Shown: positions 49,915 to 63,077, counted from the stretch's first letter. The stretch: DNA of 64,000 bases from Vicugna vicugna (GCA_013265495.1 MU059126.1:12646291-12710290), one strand, 5' to 3'. Numbers and translations are program-made. Notes: a model not told the origin generated them from the letters alone.

Positions 49915-50030
49915 TCCCCCATTTTACAGCTGAGAAAACGGAGGCTCAGAGGATGTAAGTAGCTCGCTTGAGGTCCTAGAGTGGGTGGCTGAGCTGGAAT
50001 TTGAGTTCGGATCGCTCTCCTCCAAAATCT
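49915..50030 (-). mobile_element. MIR
   Basis: cccattttacagctgagaaaacggaggctcagagg. Confidence 0.78.
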
Positions 50031-50774
50031 ATACACTTATTCCATGTAAAGAGGATAAAATAGAATGCTTTCCAAAATAAATGTTCAGTTTGGAATGCAA
50101 AACAGATCTGATGGAGAGGTGGTGACAAAAATCAAGCAACAAGATTGATTATGGACCCTCTGCTTCAGCAAGGGCTTCAGCTCTAAAATAGCCCCAAACT
50201 AAAGCAACAGATTGGGGTGTGGAACTTGTAGGGTGGCACCAAACAGATTGTTTAAAGAACCTTGTTAAAGGAACTACTATCTATTCATAGAGCACCGAAG
50301 GTGGAAAGGGAGGGAAAAAAAACCTATTTCACACAAGCTGCCATGGTGGTGTAAAACTATCTGATGATTTTGGAACTGGAGTTTTAAATTATTTGTAAAG
50401 TTAAACCAGAACTAAGGTTATTTACCTAGCAGAAGGGAAGTGTCACCTGCCAGAGACATCATCTTTTTGATGGTCACGACCTCCTGCAATCAAAGGATTA
50501 ATAGGAAGAGGACAAAACTGGGAACATTATTTGCCAAGTCATTTTGTCCTCAGACGAGACACAAAAAACAAACAAACAAAAACCAAAACAAAACAAAAAC
50601 CCACAGGAGAAGGCAATGGTGCAACGACTCAAGCTAAGTTCGAAGGAGTAAACTTTGATACAGTTCTGAGTAGATTGAAATCCTTTCTAAAATAAAGGAA
50701 GACTGGAGAAATTGTCACAGGATGCAGGGCGCTTGGGAGCATAACTAAAGGTTTGGGAGGGGTAATAACTAAAT

Positions 50775-51020
50775 ACAAGGGAAATTCCTAAATTGCATCC
50801 TAGAACCGACAGGGACATTAATGGGGAAACTGGTGACATCCAAATAAAGTCTGGAGCTTGGTTCATAATATGCCAACGTCACACAGTTTCTCAGTTTTGG
50901 GCGCCACACCAAGGTCATGTACAATGGGGAAAAATAGGCGAGGGTATGTAGAAACTTCCTGTAACTTATCTTTGCGAATTTTCTGTACATCTAAAATTAT
51001 TGCAAAGATAAAATTTAACT
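50775..51020 (+). mobile_element. L1MC-like 3' end
   Basis: gacattaatggggaaactggtgacatccaaataaagtctg...ttttctgtacatctaaaattatt. Confidence 0.72.
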
Positions 51021-52029
51021 TCAAATACCCTTTATAGCCCCTTGCAACAGATTTGCAGAGGTCTCCCAATTCAATGCTTTCTTGCCCTGTCACCATAGCA
51101 ACGTGCATCCTATGACAAGCGATGGGGTAACAGGAGAGTAGGGAAGAAGCAAGCAGGCAAATGTGACCTTGGTTCCCAGTCAAGGCTCTTTGCCCGTAGA
51201 GGACTCCTCCAGCAAGTTTGTCTTTTTATTGTCGGTACTTGGCATCTTGGGATATTTAACACTGGCCCGTGAACTTGGGAAATATTCCAGTTTGTGCTCC
51301 TGATAGTCTTGGCATTTAGGAATGCTGCTTAGTCCGGCAGTGTTGTGCCTGCTTTGAAGAAATGATAATCAGATAATCATAAACATGATTATATGACATA
51401 AATGTACACCTCCCATGAGGACGAAGGCTGAACTTCCTGAGAAACAGACAAGGTGGGTACGCCCTAACCTTAGATACATCAGTCTCAATATTAGTTAGAA
51501 AACTATTATGATGTCCAACTTAGAGATCAAAGAGAAAGAAATTCCTGGCTCAGCTCTAATTATTTGAGAGAGAGGAGGAGACAGGCAAAAAGCCCTTGCA
51601 ACTGGGAAAAACACAGAAAGCATTCAGGATATTGGATACGGTTTCCTGAAAATTCCATTATTTCACGTAAACTCGGTAGTTAATAAATCCCCACCATGTG
51701 CTAATTGGAATCACGTATCTACATGATTCTTTTCCCCTGCAGAGTGATTAACAGTTTTTAGAAAAAGTGCCTACAATCAGCTGCCCAACAGAGGCAACTT
51801 ATTGGCTGAAATGTATGGGATTCTCCGAAATGAGAGACCAAACAAACAAACAAACAAACAAAAACTATGGTGGAAGCTGAATTGAGCATAAACTGAGGAA
51901 AGTATGTAAACTTGAATATGTGATAGGCATGCTCCTTTTGATTTTAAATGTAATGTGATAGAGAATATTGTGTGGCTTTTGTGGTAACATGCCTGGGACA
52001 GAGAGGGTGCACTCCATCCTAATATGATA

Positions 52030-52168
52030 CAGTCATACATACAGATGGTGCCAGGAGCCCCTTGGGTACCAAAGTGCGTGGATGCCCAAGCCCCTTATAT
52101 AAAATGGCATAGTCCAGTCAGCCCTCCATATCCAGGATGTGAAACCCCAGGACACAGAGGGGAGATTG
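52030..52168. mobile_element. MER2-like Tigger MITE
   Basis: gtaccaaagtgcgtggatgcccaagccccttatataaaatggcatag...cagaggggagattgta. Confidence 0.7.
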
Positions 52169-52211
52169 TATATATTGTATATGTATATATACATACACAT
52201 ACACAAACATA

Positions 52212-52661
52212 CAGATCTTCCTTGACTTACAAGGGGGTTACGCCTGATGAACCGATCATACACTGAAAATATCGTAAGTTGAAAATGCACTCGATACACT
52301 TAACCGACTGAACATCATAGCTTAGCCCAGCCTACCTTAAACACGCTTCAAACACTTAGCCTACAGTTGGACAAAGTCATCTAACACAAAGCCTATCTTA
52401 TAATAAAGTGGTGAATATCTCATGTAATTTATTGAATACTGTGCTGAAAGCGGAAAAGAAAATAGTGGTTGTTTACCCTGATGACTGTGTGGCTGACTGG
52501 GGGCTGAAGTGGCTGTCCCCGGCCCGCATCACCCGGGAGCATTACTTGCCCAGGAATAGACCACAATTCAAAGGATGGTTTGTACTGAATGCATATGGCA
52601 TTCGCACCGTTGTAAAGTGGAAACATTTTAAGTTGAACCATCGTAAGTCAGGGACCATCTG
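52212..52661. mobile_element. MER47/Tigger5-like non-autonomous element
   Basis: cagatcttccttgacttac...cgtaagtcagggaccatctg terminal inverted repeats, TA at the left junction. Confidence 0.85.
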
Positions 52662-53399
52662 TGTGTGTGTGTGTGTGTGTGGTGGGGGGTATATTTTACT
52701 ATAAATCTTACTACAAATCAATGACGAATGTGATTTAAAGACTGAATAGCTCACTTCTTTCCTGCAACCTAAAAAATTAAGTCAGTTAATTTACTATTAT
52801 CTCAGATTGAAATATTAACTAAATGAACTATGAAAAAAGAAAGAAGGAAAGGAAACAGGAGAAAGAGGAAAGGGACAAAGGAGGGAGGGAGGGAAGAACA
52901 GATTTGGTAACAGATACTGCCAGGGGCTTAATTTAATACACCAGCATTTATTCTCCCACTCAAAATGCTTCAAAGAGTGTTCCTTTTCCAGGAATACTGA
53001 GTTTGAGAAACACTCCCACAATTATATGATGCTTTCTAAGGTGGAAGAAATATAGTAGACTTGTGTATTTGGTCCTTGTCAGACCTTTTCCTGGGGTTTG
53101 TTACTATTTTTAGTCAGAAGATGTTGGTTGTGAAGATCAGAAGTTTATCAGTAGGACCAGTGCTAGCTTCCCAGGTGACTCTGGCCAGGAGTAACGTGCA
53201 AGGACGGCTGTTGCCCTAAGGCACATTCTCCCCCTTTATTATTGGTTTTACTTTATTGGATTTTAAAAATAAAAAGTGTAAGTATAATATGTATCTATTA
53301 TGGCAAGTCACACAATGGTTAATAATGTGCCCTTGCCTCTAAGCATCTGTCCCCAGACCCTCTGGGTAACCAAGCCAATGTGAATAGGTTAGTAGATAT

Positions 53400-53830
53400 A
53401 ATTCCACACAGCATTTGTGCTCATTCATACACGTGAAACCATAAATGCTCACAAGTAGGTTTTGGACACAGTATTTTACAAAAATTGGATCATATCCATC
53501 ACTCTGCTTTGAAAGTTGTTTTTTTTTTTCATTTAACGTATATATCATGAACATCTCTCCAGGCCACTATGTACAGATCTGATGTACGTGCTGTCTTTTT
53601 TTTTTAACAGCTATGTAGTACTTCATGGTATAAATGTGTCATAAATTAATTAGCCAGCCCTCTGATGGCGGACTTGGTTTCTTGTTTCATTTTCCACTAT
53701 AACAATGTTACAATAAATATCTATATCCATCTCTATTTATCTATTATCTATTTACATTTTTATATAAATGATATACATAGATGCTTTATTTCTGTAAGAA
53801 AGAGACCCCAAATGAAGTTATTGGCTTAAG
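53400..53830 (-). mobile_element. L1ME-like fragment
   Basis: tttaacagctatgtagtacttcatggtata...ctgatggcggacttgg...actataacaatgttacaataaatatc. Confidence 0.65.
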
Positions 53831-56239
53831 GAAGCAACCTCCTTTGCAATCCAGACGTAGAGGCAATTATAGCCACCAAGTAACCAATGTTCTTCTTATA
53901 TTATTTGGGACCCCTTGAGAGTCATATAGTAAAATAAAAGGACAATGATCAGTGGAATTCAAAGTGAATTTATTGGCATAAACACCCTTCACATCACAGG
54001 ACCAAGCAACGTCTCCATCTGAGCTTGATGGCGAGGAATTTTCACAGAGAATTCACAAACCAAAGTGTGGTGGTAACTTCTCGAGGTCCTCCCTCATGGC
54101 CCATTCTCATCACCATGACAACTTCTTAGTCAGTGGAGTAGGGAGAGCGGTTTCTAATAGCACCTTAGCCGGGATGCTTGTGTCCTCCTTGGAATGCTAA
54201 ACATACCCATGACTAGTTATTCCTATTTTGAAGAATTAAAGACAACTGAATGCTAAAAAAAAAAAAAAAAGATATTAGACTCTTGGTGGGGACAGGGGCT
54301 GTGGCAGCCTTTGAAAGTAGCAGTTTTCTGAACAATTATTTAGGGACATTACAAATAACAGAGAGAAAGCCATTTTTGCCTGCAGGGTGATGCAGTGCTC
54401 TTGGAGCTCAAGAAGTCTTACTAGGAAACGGGGAGAAGGTTATTCTTTTAAATTGGAGCCCAATTGAGATATTAGGTTTCTTATAATGAATTATGATTCC
54501 TTTATAATTATTAACATTCTGTCTCAGCAGAAGCCTTGGCACAGAGATGGCTTTGAAAATGGATCCTGAGGGCTTTAAACACCCAGCAGAGAAGAATTTG
54601 TGCTGTAAAAGCCTTCCCGCTTCTGCTCGGCGTAATGGAAACTCTGGACCAGAACTCTGGAGATCTAGGTAACGTTGAGCAAGTCAGGTAAACTCTCTGA
54701 GTTTCATTTCCTTTCTGTAAAATGGGGCTGATATACCCCCCGCCCCCTTGGCTAATGCCTCCCTGCGATCAATGAAATAACACACCTGGAAGGACACTGA
54801 AGACAGAGATGGAGGTTGAGAATGCAGACTCTCGAGGTGGCTTTCCTGGTGGCTTTCCTGGTGGCTCCTGGGTCATCTTGATCCTATAACTTGCCCTTGG
54901 ACCTTCAGCTTCCAAAAGGGGGATAATATCCCTGCCTTTATGACTGATTAAAGCATGAGATGGGATCATGCCTTCAACAGTGCATACAGTACCTGGTACA
55001 TAATGAGATCGCAATAAGTAAGAGCTATTATTTGTAAAGTGTCACTCGAATGTGATAGTTCTTTAAGAAAGAACTAGACTCCCCCCCTCCCGAGGTTACT
55101 TAAGGATTTCCTTCCATTCCATAGCTGCTGTTTTTCCTCTTGTGACCTTTCTGTTCTTAGCAAGACCCATTTGCCCTGTCTCTGAGAGACAAATAGGGGT
55201 CTCGGTGCTAGAATCAAGGCTGCAGAAAAGGGGTGAGAACATGAGATCCAGCTTGGAGTTTGATGGGAAGCCAACGGCAGGAGCCCCTGGGCCCCTCCGC
55301 AGGCCCCAGTGTGAACACCACATTAGCTCCCGACTGCTTGGCATCCTGGAACAAACCAAGAGATCAAAGAGCAATACATGGGATCTGACATCTGTAGAGA
55401 AATTCCCTTCCATCCACTTTGAGATGAAGGCGAAGGAGGAGTTAAGGAATCAGCAAATATATGCCCTTGGCTTCTCCCTTCACTAGCTGCCATGTCGTCT
55501 TGCTTTCTACTTGTTGTCCGCAAGGTCACGAAATAGGTATTGTTTGACTCAGTCATCCCAGGCCAAGAATGGAGGCCAATACGTGTGTGGCTGGGCTGGG
55601 GCAGGATCACTGGGCACTAGCTCCAGGGTAAGGGAGAGCTCTGGCTTTATGCTGTATGTTCAGAATAATCATCACAGGTGTGGGATGGAAGGCCCTTGTA
55701 ACATGGTGAAAAGTCAGAGGACTTGGAGACCCCTCTGGAGATGCACAATCTCCAGACACTACTAATAATAATAGTTATTCTCCAATATTAAATTTTCCTC
55801 TCCTTCTTTCTAATTCCCTTTCTTAAGTCTGCTTGAAATACCACAGCCTGGTTGTCATTGTGTTTTGAAGGGCCAAGAGAAGGGCCTGTGTCCATGCTTG
55901 GAGTGAATAAAACAAAGAGAGAAACACATCACAAAATGACCCAATTGGCCCACGTTGCCCTAAAAAAAATGTACTCCGGAGCAAAGAGTGATTTGGGGGG
56001 GGCTACAAAGTCTTCAAGACAGATTTCCACCTGACCCCAAAATAACCTAGGGAGGAGATAGTGGTCTGTTGTGAGTTGGCTCAGGGTATTGTCTTGTTGG
56101 TTTGGTCACCCCCAAAGGGCAGAGAACTGTGGATCATCTGAGGTATGTAATCATCACAATAGCAACCTGAGCAGCTGCCAGTTCTTGGCCACCAGCAGAT
56201 GCTAACAAGGACATCAATGCGGAGAGGAGGCAAATGGTA

Positions 56240-56340
56240 TTAACTCCATTTTACAGGTGAGGATCTGAGGCTCAGGTCACTTATCTAAGGTCCTCTTGTA
56301 GGTATGTGGCGATCTGGGGTTCAGATCGAGGTTGGTGTGT
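56240..56340 (-). mobile_element. MIR
   Basis: ccattttacaggtgaggatctgaggctcagg. Confidence 0.7.
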
Positions 56341-56669
56341 CTCCAAAGATGGGGCTCTTCAACACACACAACATCTTGTAGGATATCAAACCAGAGTTTT
56401 ATATCCAGCCCCATCTTTGCCAGAATTTCCTTCCAACAATGCAGCCAAATTCCCTGCCTTAAAACTCCAAGCAGAACTTGGGGGAAGGGTGGCACTTATG
56501 GGCTACCGACCCCTGCCTGGTGTGACTGTAGAGATGCGCAGAGCGGACAGTGTGTGACAGGAGGGGGCGTGGGAGGGCAGCCACCACCAGGCGTAGGGAT
56601 GGTCCATGGATAACAGTTGGTCCCAGTCCCCACATCAAGATGGGGAACGCCGTTTGGAATTCATTTACT

Positions 56670-56843
56670 TCTGCCACCCAGCAGAGTTTTCTTGCAGGAA
56701 TGGAATTGTTCTATATCTCTACTAGCCTCATGTGGCTCTTGAACATCTGAAAGATGACTAGTGAAGTGAGGAACTAAATCTTCATTTCATTTCATTTCCA
56801 TTAAATAGCCGCACGTGGCCAGTACCATGTTGGCCAGAGCAGG
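56670..56843. mobile_element. MER3-like hAT MITE
   Basis: aatggaattgttctatatct...cctcatgtggctcttgaac...ttaaatagccgcacgtggcc. Confidence 0.7.
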
Positions 56844-56949
56844 TATAAACCATCTCTCTGCTGCCCAGTATGGTTCTTGTCACAAATGTGAGTCAGGGAG
56901 CTCCATCTTGCCTTCCATGTTGGCATTCAGGAAAATCAGTACAATTTCC

Positions 56950-57100
56950 AGGAACGGCTCTGAGGTCAGACTGCCTGAGCTTGCAGCCTGGCTCTTCCAT
57001 GTCCTCCCTGTGTAACCTCTCTGTGCCTCAGTTTCTTTATCTGTAAAGTGGAAATTACAGACTGTTACTACTTCACAGCGGTATTGTGAGGATTACACGA
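56950..57100 (+). mobile_element. MIR
   Basis: aacctctctgtgcctcagtttctttatctgtaaagtgg. Confidence 0.78.
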
Positions 57101-57261
57101 TTTGGGGTTTTAAAAGTACTTTACAAAGTACCCAGAATGCGGTGAGATGATAAGGATACAGAAATGAACTAGATATCTTCCCTACCCTCAAGAAGCTTTT
57201 GTACCACTGCTGTGCCTTTAGGATTTTTATTCTTTCCACTGCCCCCAGTCCGATGAGTCTA

Positions 57262-57310
57262 AACGGACCATAAGTGGCTTTTGGCCCAGATCAATCCAAT
57301 GAGGTTCAAG
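57262..57310 (+). repeat. 49-bp dispersed direct repeat, copy 1 (copy 2 at 57901-57949)
   Basis: aacgga(c/g)cataagtggcttttggcccag(a/g)tcaatccaatgaggttcaag; 47 of 49 identical. Confidence 0.95.
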
Positions 57311-57350
57311 ACCAGCAGCGTGGGTCTAAATGGCATGTATAGATCAGCAG

Positions 57351-57383
57351 TGTGTGTGTGTGTGTGTGTGTATGTGTGTGTGT
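57351..57383. repeat. (TG)n microsatellite, one interruption
   Basis: Seen directly. Confidence 0.92.
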
Positions 57384-59399
57384 AGAACCTAGCACAGCAG
57401 CTGACACATGGTGGGCACTCACTAAAGAGCAGTTTTTCTCTTGGTGAGTGAGATTTTGTGACATGCAGAGCTAGAATGGACCAGATTTTGTGCACTCTCG
57501 GCCTCCTGAACACTGGACTCTCTAGCATTATAAGCGAATGTTACCATGATGGGGTTTTCTTTTAAAATTTTCTTCCCTTGGCCGTATTTCAAAGACTTCA
57601 TCAGGCGTGGAATTGCCAGGGCCCCGGGGGGTAGTGGGTGCCCCTCAGATCCAGAAGTCCATCAGGGGAACACGCAGTCATCGTCTGTGTCACCTAATCA
57701 AGTAACGCACACTGGGTAGTTTTTCTTTCTTTTTTCCCCCGAGATCCACTGGTTTCTTCTGAGGACTGAACACTTGTTTTCGCTGGGAAGCCACTCCTCC
57801 CCATTACGGCTCACGTCCTTTGGTGGGTGAGTCCGACTCTACAGGAGGGATGTGGTTTTGGGAATCAGCTAATCGGAGCCTTCAGGCCCTTAGCCGGGGC
57901 AACGGAGCATAAGTGGCTTTTGGCCCAGGTCAATCCAATGAGGTTCAAGTCAGAACTTTGGGGTTGGGGGAAACTCTTGGGAAGAAAGAATGTTTCTCCC
58001 CAAAGGACTTAAACTGAAAGGACATCATCTGGGGTTGCCAGAGGATGTTATGCGGAGAAGGCCCGAACTGTGCCATTTCCTCGGGGCAAGAGCGTTGCTC
58101 CCAGCAACTCTGCCGGGCTGGACACCAGCCGACCTGCGCTCCCATTCCCTTGGAAGCAGCCTCTGGAGCTCTTACCATGAAAGACCAAACAGCAAAAGCC
58201 ACTCACGTGCTCGCCGCAGCAATTTTAAGGTTGTCCAGTGTGAGACCGACCCGAAGAAGGGATTCCCAAAAGGGCCTTGCTTATGTAATTTAAATTCTAA
58301 AAATAACCGCAGATTGAGTCTGACAGTCCCACCAGGGCTCCTGACTGCCTGACCTGGGATAGAGGGGTCAGAGATGCTCAGCGAATGAAAAACAGGCTGA
58401 CAGCAAAATAGGCTAAGAACAAAATCATCACTTACCCTGGGCAGAGCAGAAGCCTGGGTCAGGGCTCCAAGTGGCACATTTGTGACTTTGCGTTTATTTA
58501 ACGACTTCTCCAAGACACCTTCAGCAGCACGGGAGGAGAGCTGACCCATTCTGGGGGTCTGGAATCAATAGACTAATAAAAGTAATCCTTAAAAATAGCT
58601 TTCCTTCTTAAAACATATTTCCCATTAAGCAGGATCCAGAAGAAAATTTTTATCTGGGCCCTGACTCATTTTCCTATGGATTGAAATGGTGATACAGAAG
58701 CCTTGGTGTACGAGATGGTGAGCTGCCTGGATACCGTGCCCAGGGGTTCCGATCCTGAGTGGAGACTCCAGCCCGGGTTTGCCAGCTCTCCTGGGTGAGC
58801 AGCTCCTCCTCCCTCAGGTGGGAGAGGGGGCCAGGCTTTAGAGGCTCCCAGGCTTCACTTTGCTGAGAGGGATGTGTCTGGTGTTCTCATCCCGTTCCCA
58901 TCAAACTGAAACCAGGAACCGAAGAACAAGAAGCAGGGTCTGGCATGCTGAGAATGACACTGGGAAGAGGGCAGGGCAGTTCCCTGGGGGCGGTGTCTGC
59001 TTGCTTGGATTATCCTGCAGGTGATTGGAGAGGAGACAGGGAAGAAACGGGTCTTCGGATCAAGGCAAGCCCTTCAGGACTGGTGGCGGTTTGTGGACAA
59101 TGTCATTTTCTCGGGCTTGAGTCTTTCCTCGTTCTGACTCCCTCAGAATGACCCTGTCCTGAAGACCCCATTCCTGTTGTTTTTCCCTCAAGGATTCTCT
59201 TTCCTACATATGTAGAAGGAAATATCATTCTTTTTTTTTTTTTTCATTTTCTGCCCAGCACTTCCTGGACAAGTAATAATCTGGGATCCATGTCCCATCT
59301 CCTCCATCCACGTGTCGTAGGAATGAGAATTCCCTAAGGAGATTTTTCTCAAAGGGAGGGCGTGGACCATTTGTACCAATTATTTCCAGGGTGCCTGAC

Positions 59400-59530
59400 A
59401 AAAACATATATTCCAGAAACCCAGTACAGACTTAATACATCGAAGACATGGGGAATGGAGCCCAGAAATTCCCATCTTTAAGATGGTTTCCAGGCATCTT
59501 TTATGCACACTAAAATTTGAAACCCCGGCC
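59400..59530. mobile_element. MER5-like fragment
   Basis: ggagcccagaaattcccatc...ttttatgcacactaaaatttgaaaccc. Confidence 0.55.
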
Positions 59531-60399
59531 CCAGTGGTAAGAGCAGATATTTTGAGTTGCCACAAGCAGATGCAAATTAAAGGCTTTTATCTCCAGAGGA
59601 AGTCCCCACTTGGAGGAGTGGTGTTCAAGCTTGATTGGGGGAGTGCGGTGGTTAAAAAAAAGAAAGGACAGAAGAAGTGTAATCCTGCACTTTCCTTCCC
59701 ACCTCGTTGTCAAAGCCGTAGGTCCAGTTTCGCTCTACACAGGGAGAGACTTACCTTGAAAATTCCAGAAGCTTCAAGCTCCTTTGTAATTTCAACTCAA
59801 AGTCAGTTTCCCTGAATCTGTGGTTAATGCTGTTCTACGGGCTTTGGAGTTTGGGCTGTCCCTTATGCCACCAGAGATGGCAGTGTGCTGTAAAAATTAT
59901 TTGCTTACAGACCATAATCTGCATTTTTGGTAGGGAAGAAAATGATTATTTCACAGTCATGCTGTCTGGACTCTGAAGCTGAATAATGCCCGTGGGAAGG
60001 ACAAAGAGAAAATGAAAAGTTTGCTTCAAGCTTTCTTAACTGGAATTTGGAAAGGATGGAAAGCAGAGACTGGAGGTTATCAACGTGAGATGGAGGACAA
60101 AATTATTAGCAGTTGCAAATTGAACCAAAGGGGCTTTCTGGAGAGCAGACAAGATAAGGTGTGAGTACTCCAGGATGGTATTTGAATGGTGTCTCACAGA
60201 AGCAATATTAAGGTGGAAAAGTGATGACTGATCACACAAGATCAAATATCTTTACTGAGGAACTCTCCCATAAAGTGAGAAGATTTAAAAAAAAAAAAAG
60301 CCAAATGGAGAACCCTAAGCTCTGCTCTTGATGGTAGTAGCTATGTGTATCAGGAGCAGGGAGAAAAAAACTAGGTGGTGGGTTGATGACATCTAACAG

Positions 60400-60560
60400 G
60401 TTTCCTGAGCTTTACTTCTTAATCCTTGGATTGGTCCTCTGAAGTAAATACCATAGCGAAGGAGACTCGGGACTTGAAACATTAAGGAACTTGCCCAAGG
60501 CACCTATATTTGTCAGGTTACAGTGGGAAAGGATTTGACTCTTAAATTCCTTAATGATGG
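60400..60560 (-). mobile_element. MIR
   Basis: attaaggaacttgcccaaggcacc...ggatttgactc. Confidence 0.6.
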
Positions 60561-61019
60561 CCTTTGTAGAGACCGGAATCCAAAGTACAAGCAAGAAACC
60601 GTCTTAGAACCTCATTTACCTTATAGTGTATCGAGGTATCTAATAGCACAAGGTCAAATCAAGACCATGAGGTACTTGTTTGGTAAAAATGAAAGAAAAC
60701 ACAGGAAGCCCTTAGTGTCTGCACAGATGAAGCAGGCACTCCACAGATGGACGCCGTGTTCGTCACCATTAACATCATCATCAACATGTTATCATTACGA
60801 TCTTTACCATCACTCCCCCAATAGGACAAATTTTAAAGGTTGCTGAATCATAAGACTTCTCTAAAGCTAACTATATAAAACTCTAAATTAAAAATAGAAT
60901 AAAGAAGCAGGTTGTCAGTAGATTCAACAGCTCTGGGAAATTTCTACATGGTTCAGTGTGACTTAGGGAGACACGAGTTGGGATTTGAACCCAGGTCCGT
61001 CTGACTCCAGCATCCGAAT

Positions 61020-61500
61020 AGATCTTGCCCTGTATCATTCTGCTCTTTGCCCTGGAGCCTCTGCTTACCTGTTTCTCCCTGCCCAGAAAACCCCTTCTGC
61101 CCTCCTTCTCCTTTAAAAAAGTATCATCTTAAAACCTTTCTGGCACTATCATAGGGACATTTTTCAAAATAGAGATTCTCCCCAGATCACAGTCTTTGGT
61201 ACATTTTTCCATCTTTCAGACGCATTGGACTATAACCCATTGTCAACTCTGTTTTTCTAGTTCCTCATACTCTTTCATATTCCAGCTCTAGGTGTTCCTC
61301 TTAGCTGGTCCTGTAATACCCACGGCATGTAGATTTATCCTTGAACCATCTGGAGGACACTATCATTTTTTTTTCTTTTTTATTGCCTATATTCCCAACT
61401 AGACTGTGAGCTCCTTGCAAGTGAAAAACAGGACTCATTGTTCATATTCTCAGGATCGAGCCCAGAATCAGGTACATAATAGGAGTTCAATAAGGGGTAC
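61020..61500 (+). mobile_element. L2 fragment
   Basis: caactagactgtgagctccttgcaag...ggtacataataggagttcaataa. Confidence 0.6.
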
Positions 61501-62899
61501 CAATAGTTGTGTTTCTTAAACCAGTGTAAAAATAATTGAACTCTAAAGTCAGGAGTTACTTAGCGAGCATTACTAGAAGTCCCCATTTACCTACCATCCA
61601 TAAATGATAAGGATTCGCAGAGCCTCTGCTCACAAAATGTAACTTAAATGACAATTGATGCTGGTCCCAATGGTTAAAAAACAAAACAAAAACAAAAAAC
61701 ACATCCACATTTCAATTAGCAGAATGAAGTGCCTTTGAGGTCCTGGAATGCACTTTGAGGGCACATACACCAGAACTCTTGGCTCACTACGAGGTTTCAC
61801 ATATAATTCTTGTCACTTAGCATCCCCAGGCTCAAAAATTGGCACATGCTGAAAGGAATCTCTGGGGTAAGAGAAAATCCTGATTCCCTGATATGTTCCA
61901 ACAGGGACAGAAGGATTGTGGTTTCATTTCCTGCCAATTTCTAAATTATGAATATTTTGGTATGATTATAAGGAAGGGAGACAGGCCTACCCAGGGAATC
62001 AAATAATCCAGGAACATGAAAACATAAGTTATTGTTTTCCTCTCCTTTTCCTCGCAAGTTGATTTGTTTTGCCTTCGCCAAAGAAAATAAGGTCAGGTGG
62101 CAGGAACGTTACTTTGGGAAATGTGAATCTACAAAGTCACAGCGAGAAGAGATTTGTTCTCTCTTAGTCAGTCACACCATCCAAGTGCATAACGCTGCTC
62201 TGGTTTCCTTGGAGTTACGGACAAATTATTTGATTAGTTTAAGCCCTTTCTTTATGTTAAAAAAAAATCACCCTGCTTGACCCCCCTCTCTGCCAAATAC
62301 CTCTCCAGATTAGGTAAACTCTTTGGGAACCATCTCTTTGAAAGATTTGTAGTAAAATATAGACTGCTTTAAAAGAATTCCGTAATCAGAACAATAATAG
62401 AGGTGAGAGCAGACTTCTTTTTAAGTTTCTAGAGTGAAATGCAAACGCTTAAATTTTTATGGCATCTTTTTGCAGTAATCTGAAACACGATTTTTTGTTA
62501 TGTTAATGAAACACATTGCTATCTGAGGACTCACCAAATTTTCCTTTCATACATAAGCACTTTCAGAATCCAGACAGATTAGGTAAGGGCAGGACTACCT
62601 TTCCCATCCCCATTTTACAAGCAAGTCTTCCAATAGCCAGCATATGTTAGTTGAATTAATGAGAGCCATAAACAAAGAAACCAAGATTAGCGATGGACGC
62701 ACTCAATGGAAAACTTCATCTTACGCTAAAATCGTCTTTTTTTTTTTTTGTCCTTTGAATGTTATTGCTAAATATAAGATGAGAATGCTTTCTTGTACTT
62801 GCCTTTATGTTTCAGTCCCGTTCACAGACTTTCTGACTCACCCCTATTCATGATCAAACACAAGCCCCACAAAAGGTTTAATTGCATCCAGACTTTAAT

Positions 62900-63077
62900 N
62901 NNNNNNNNNNNNNNNNNNNNNNNNNNNNNNNNNNNNNNNNNNNNNNNNNNNNNNNNNNNNNNNNNNNNNNNNNNNNNNNNNNNNNNNNNNNNNNNNNNNN
63001 NNNNNNNNNNNNNNNNNNNNNNNNNNNNNNNNNNNNNNNNNNNNNNNNNNNNNNNNNNNNNNNNNNNNNNNNNNNNN
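62900..63077. other. Assembly gap (178 N)
   Basis: Run of N. Confidence 1.

Noticed and set aside
54836-54870. Short tandem repeat ggtggctttcct x about 3 (also 6014-6035, 20710-20745, 44048-44090)
   Set aside because: Ordinary slippage duplications with no spacer structure; not CRISPR-like.
58205-58222. U6-like start gtgctcgc...cagca
   Set aside because: Only a gapped short match with no continuation or tail.
59866-59886. CTCF-like gccaccagagatggcagtg (also 21481-21496 and 56186-56205)
   Set aside because: Each has spacing errors or several mismatches in the core consensus.
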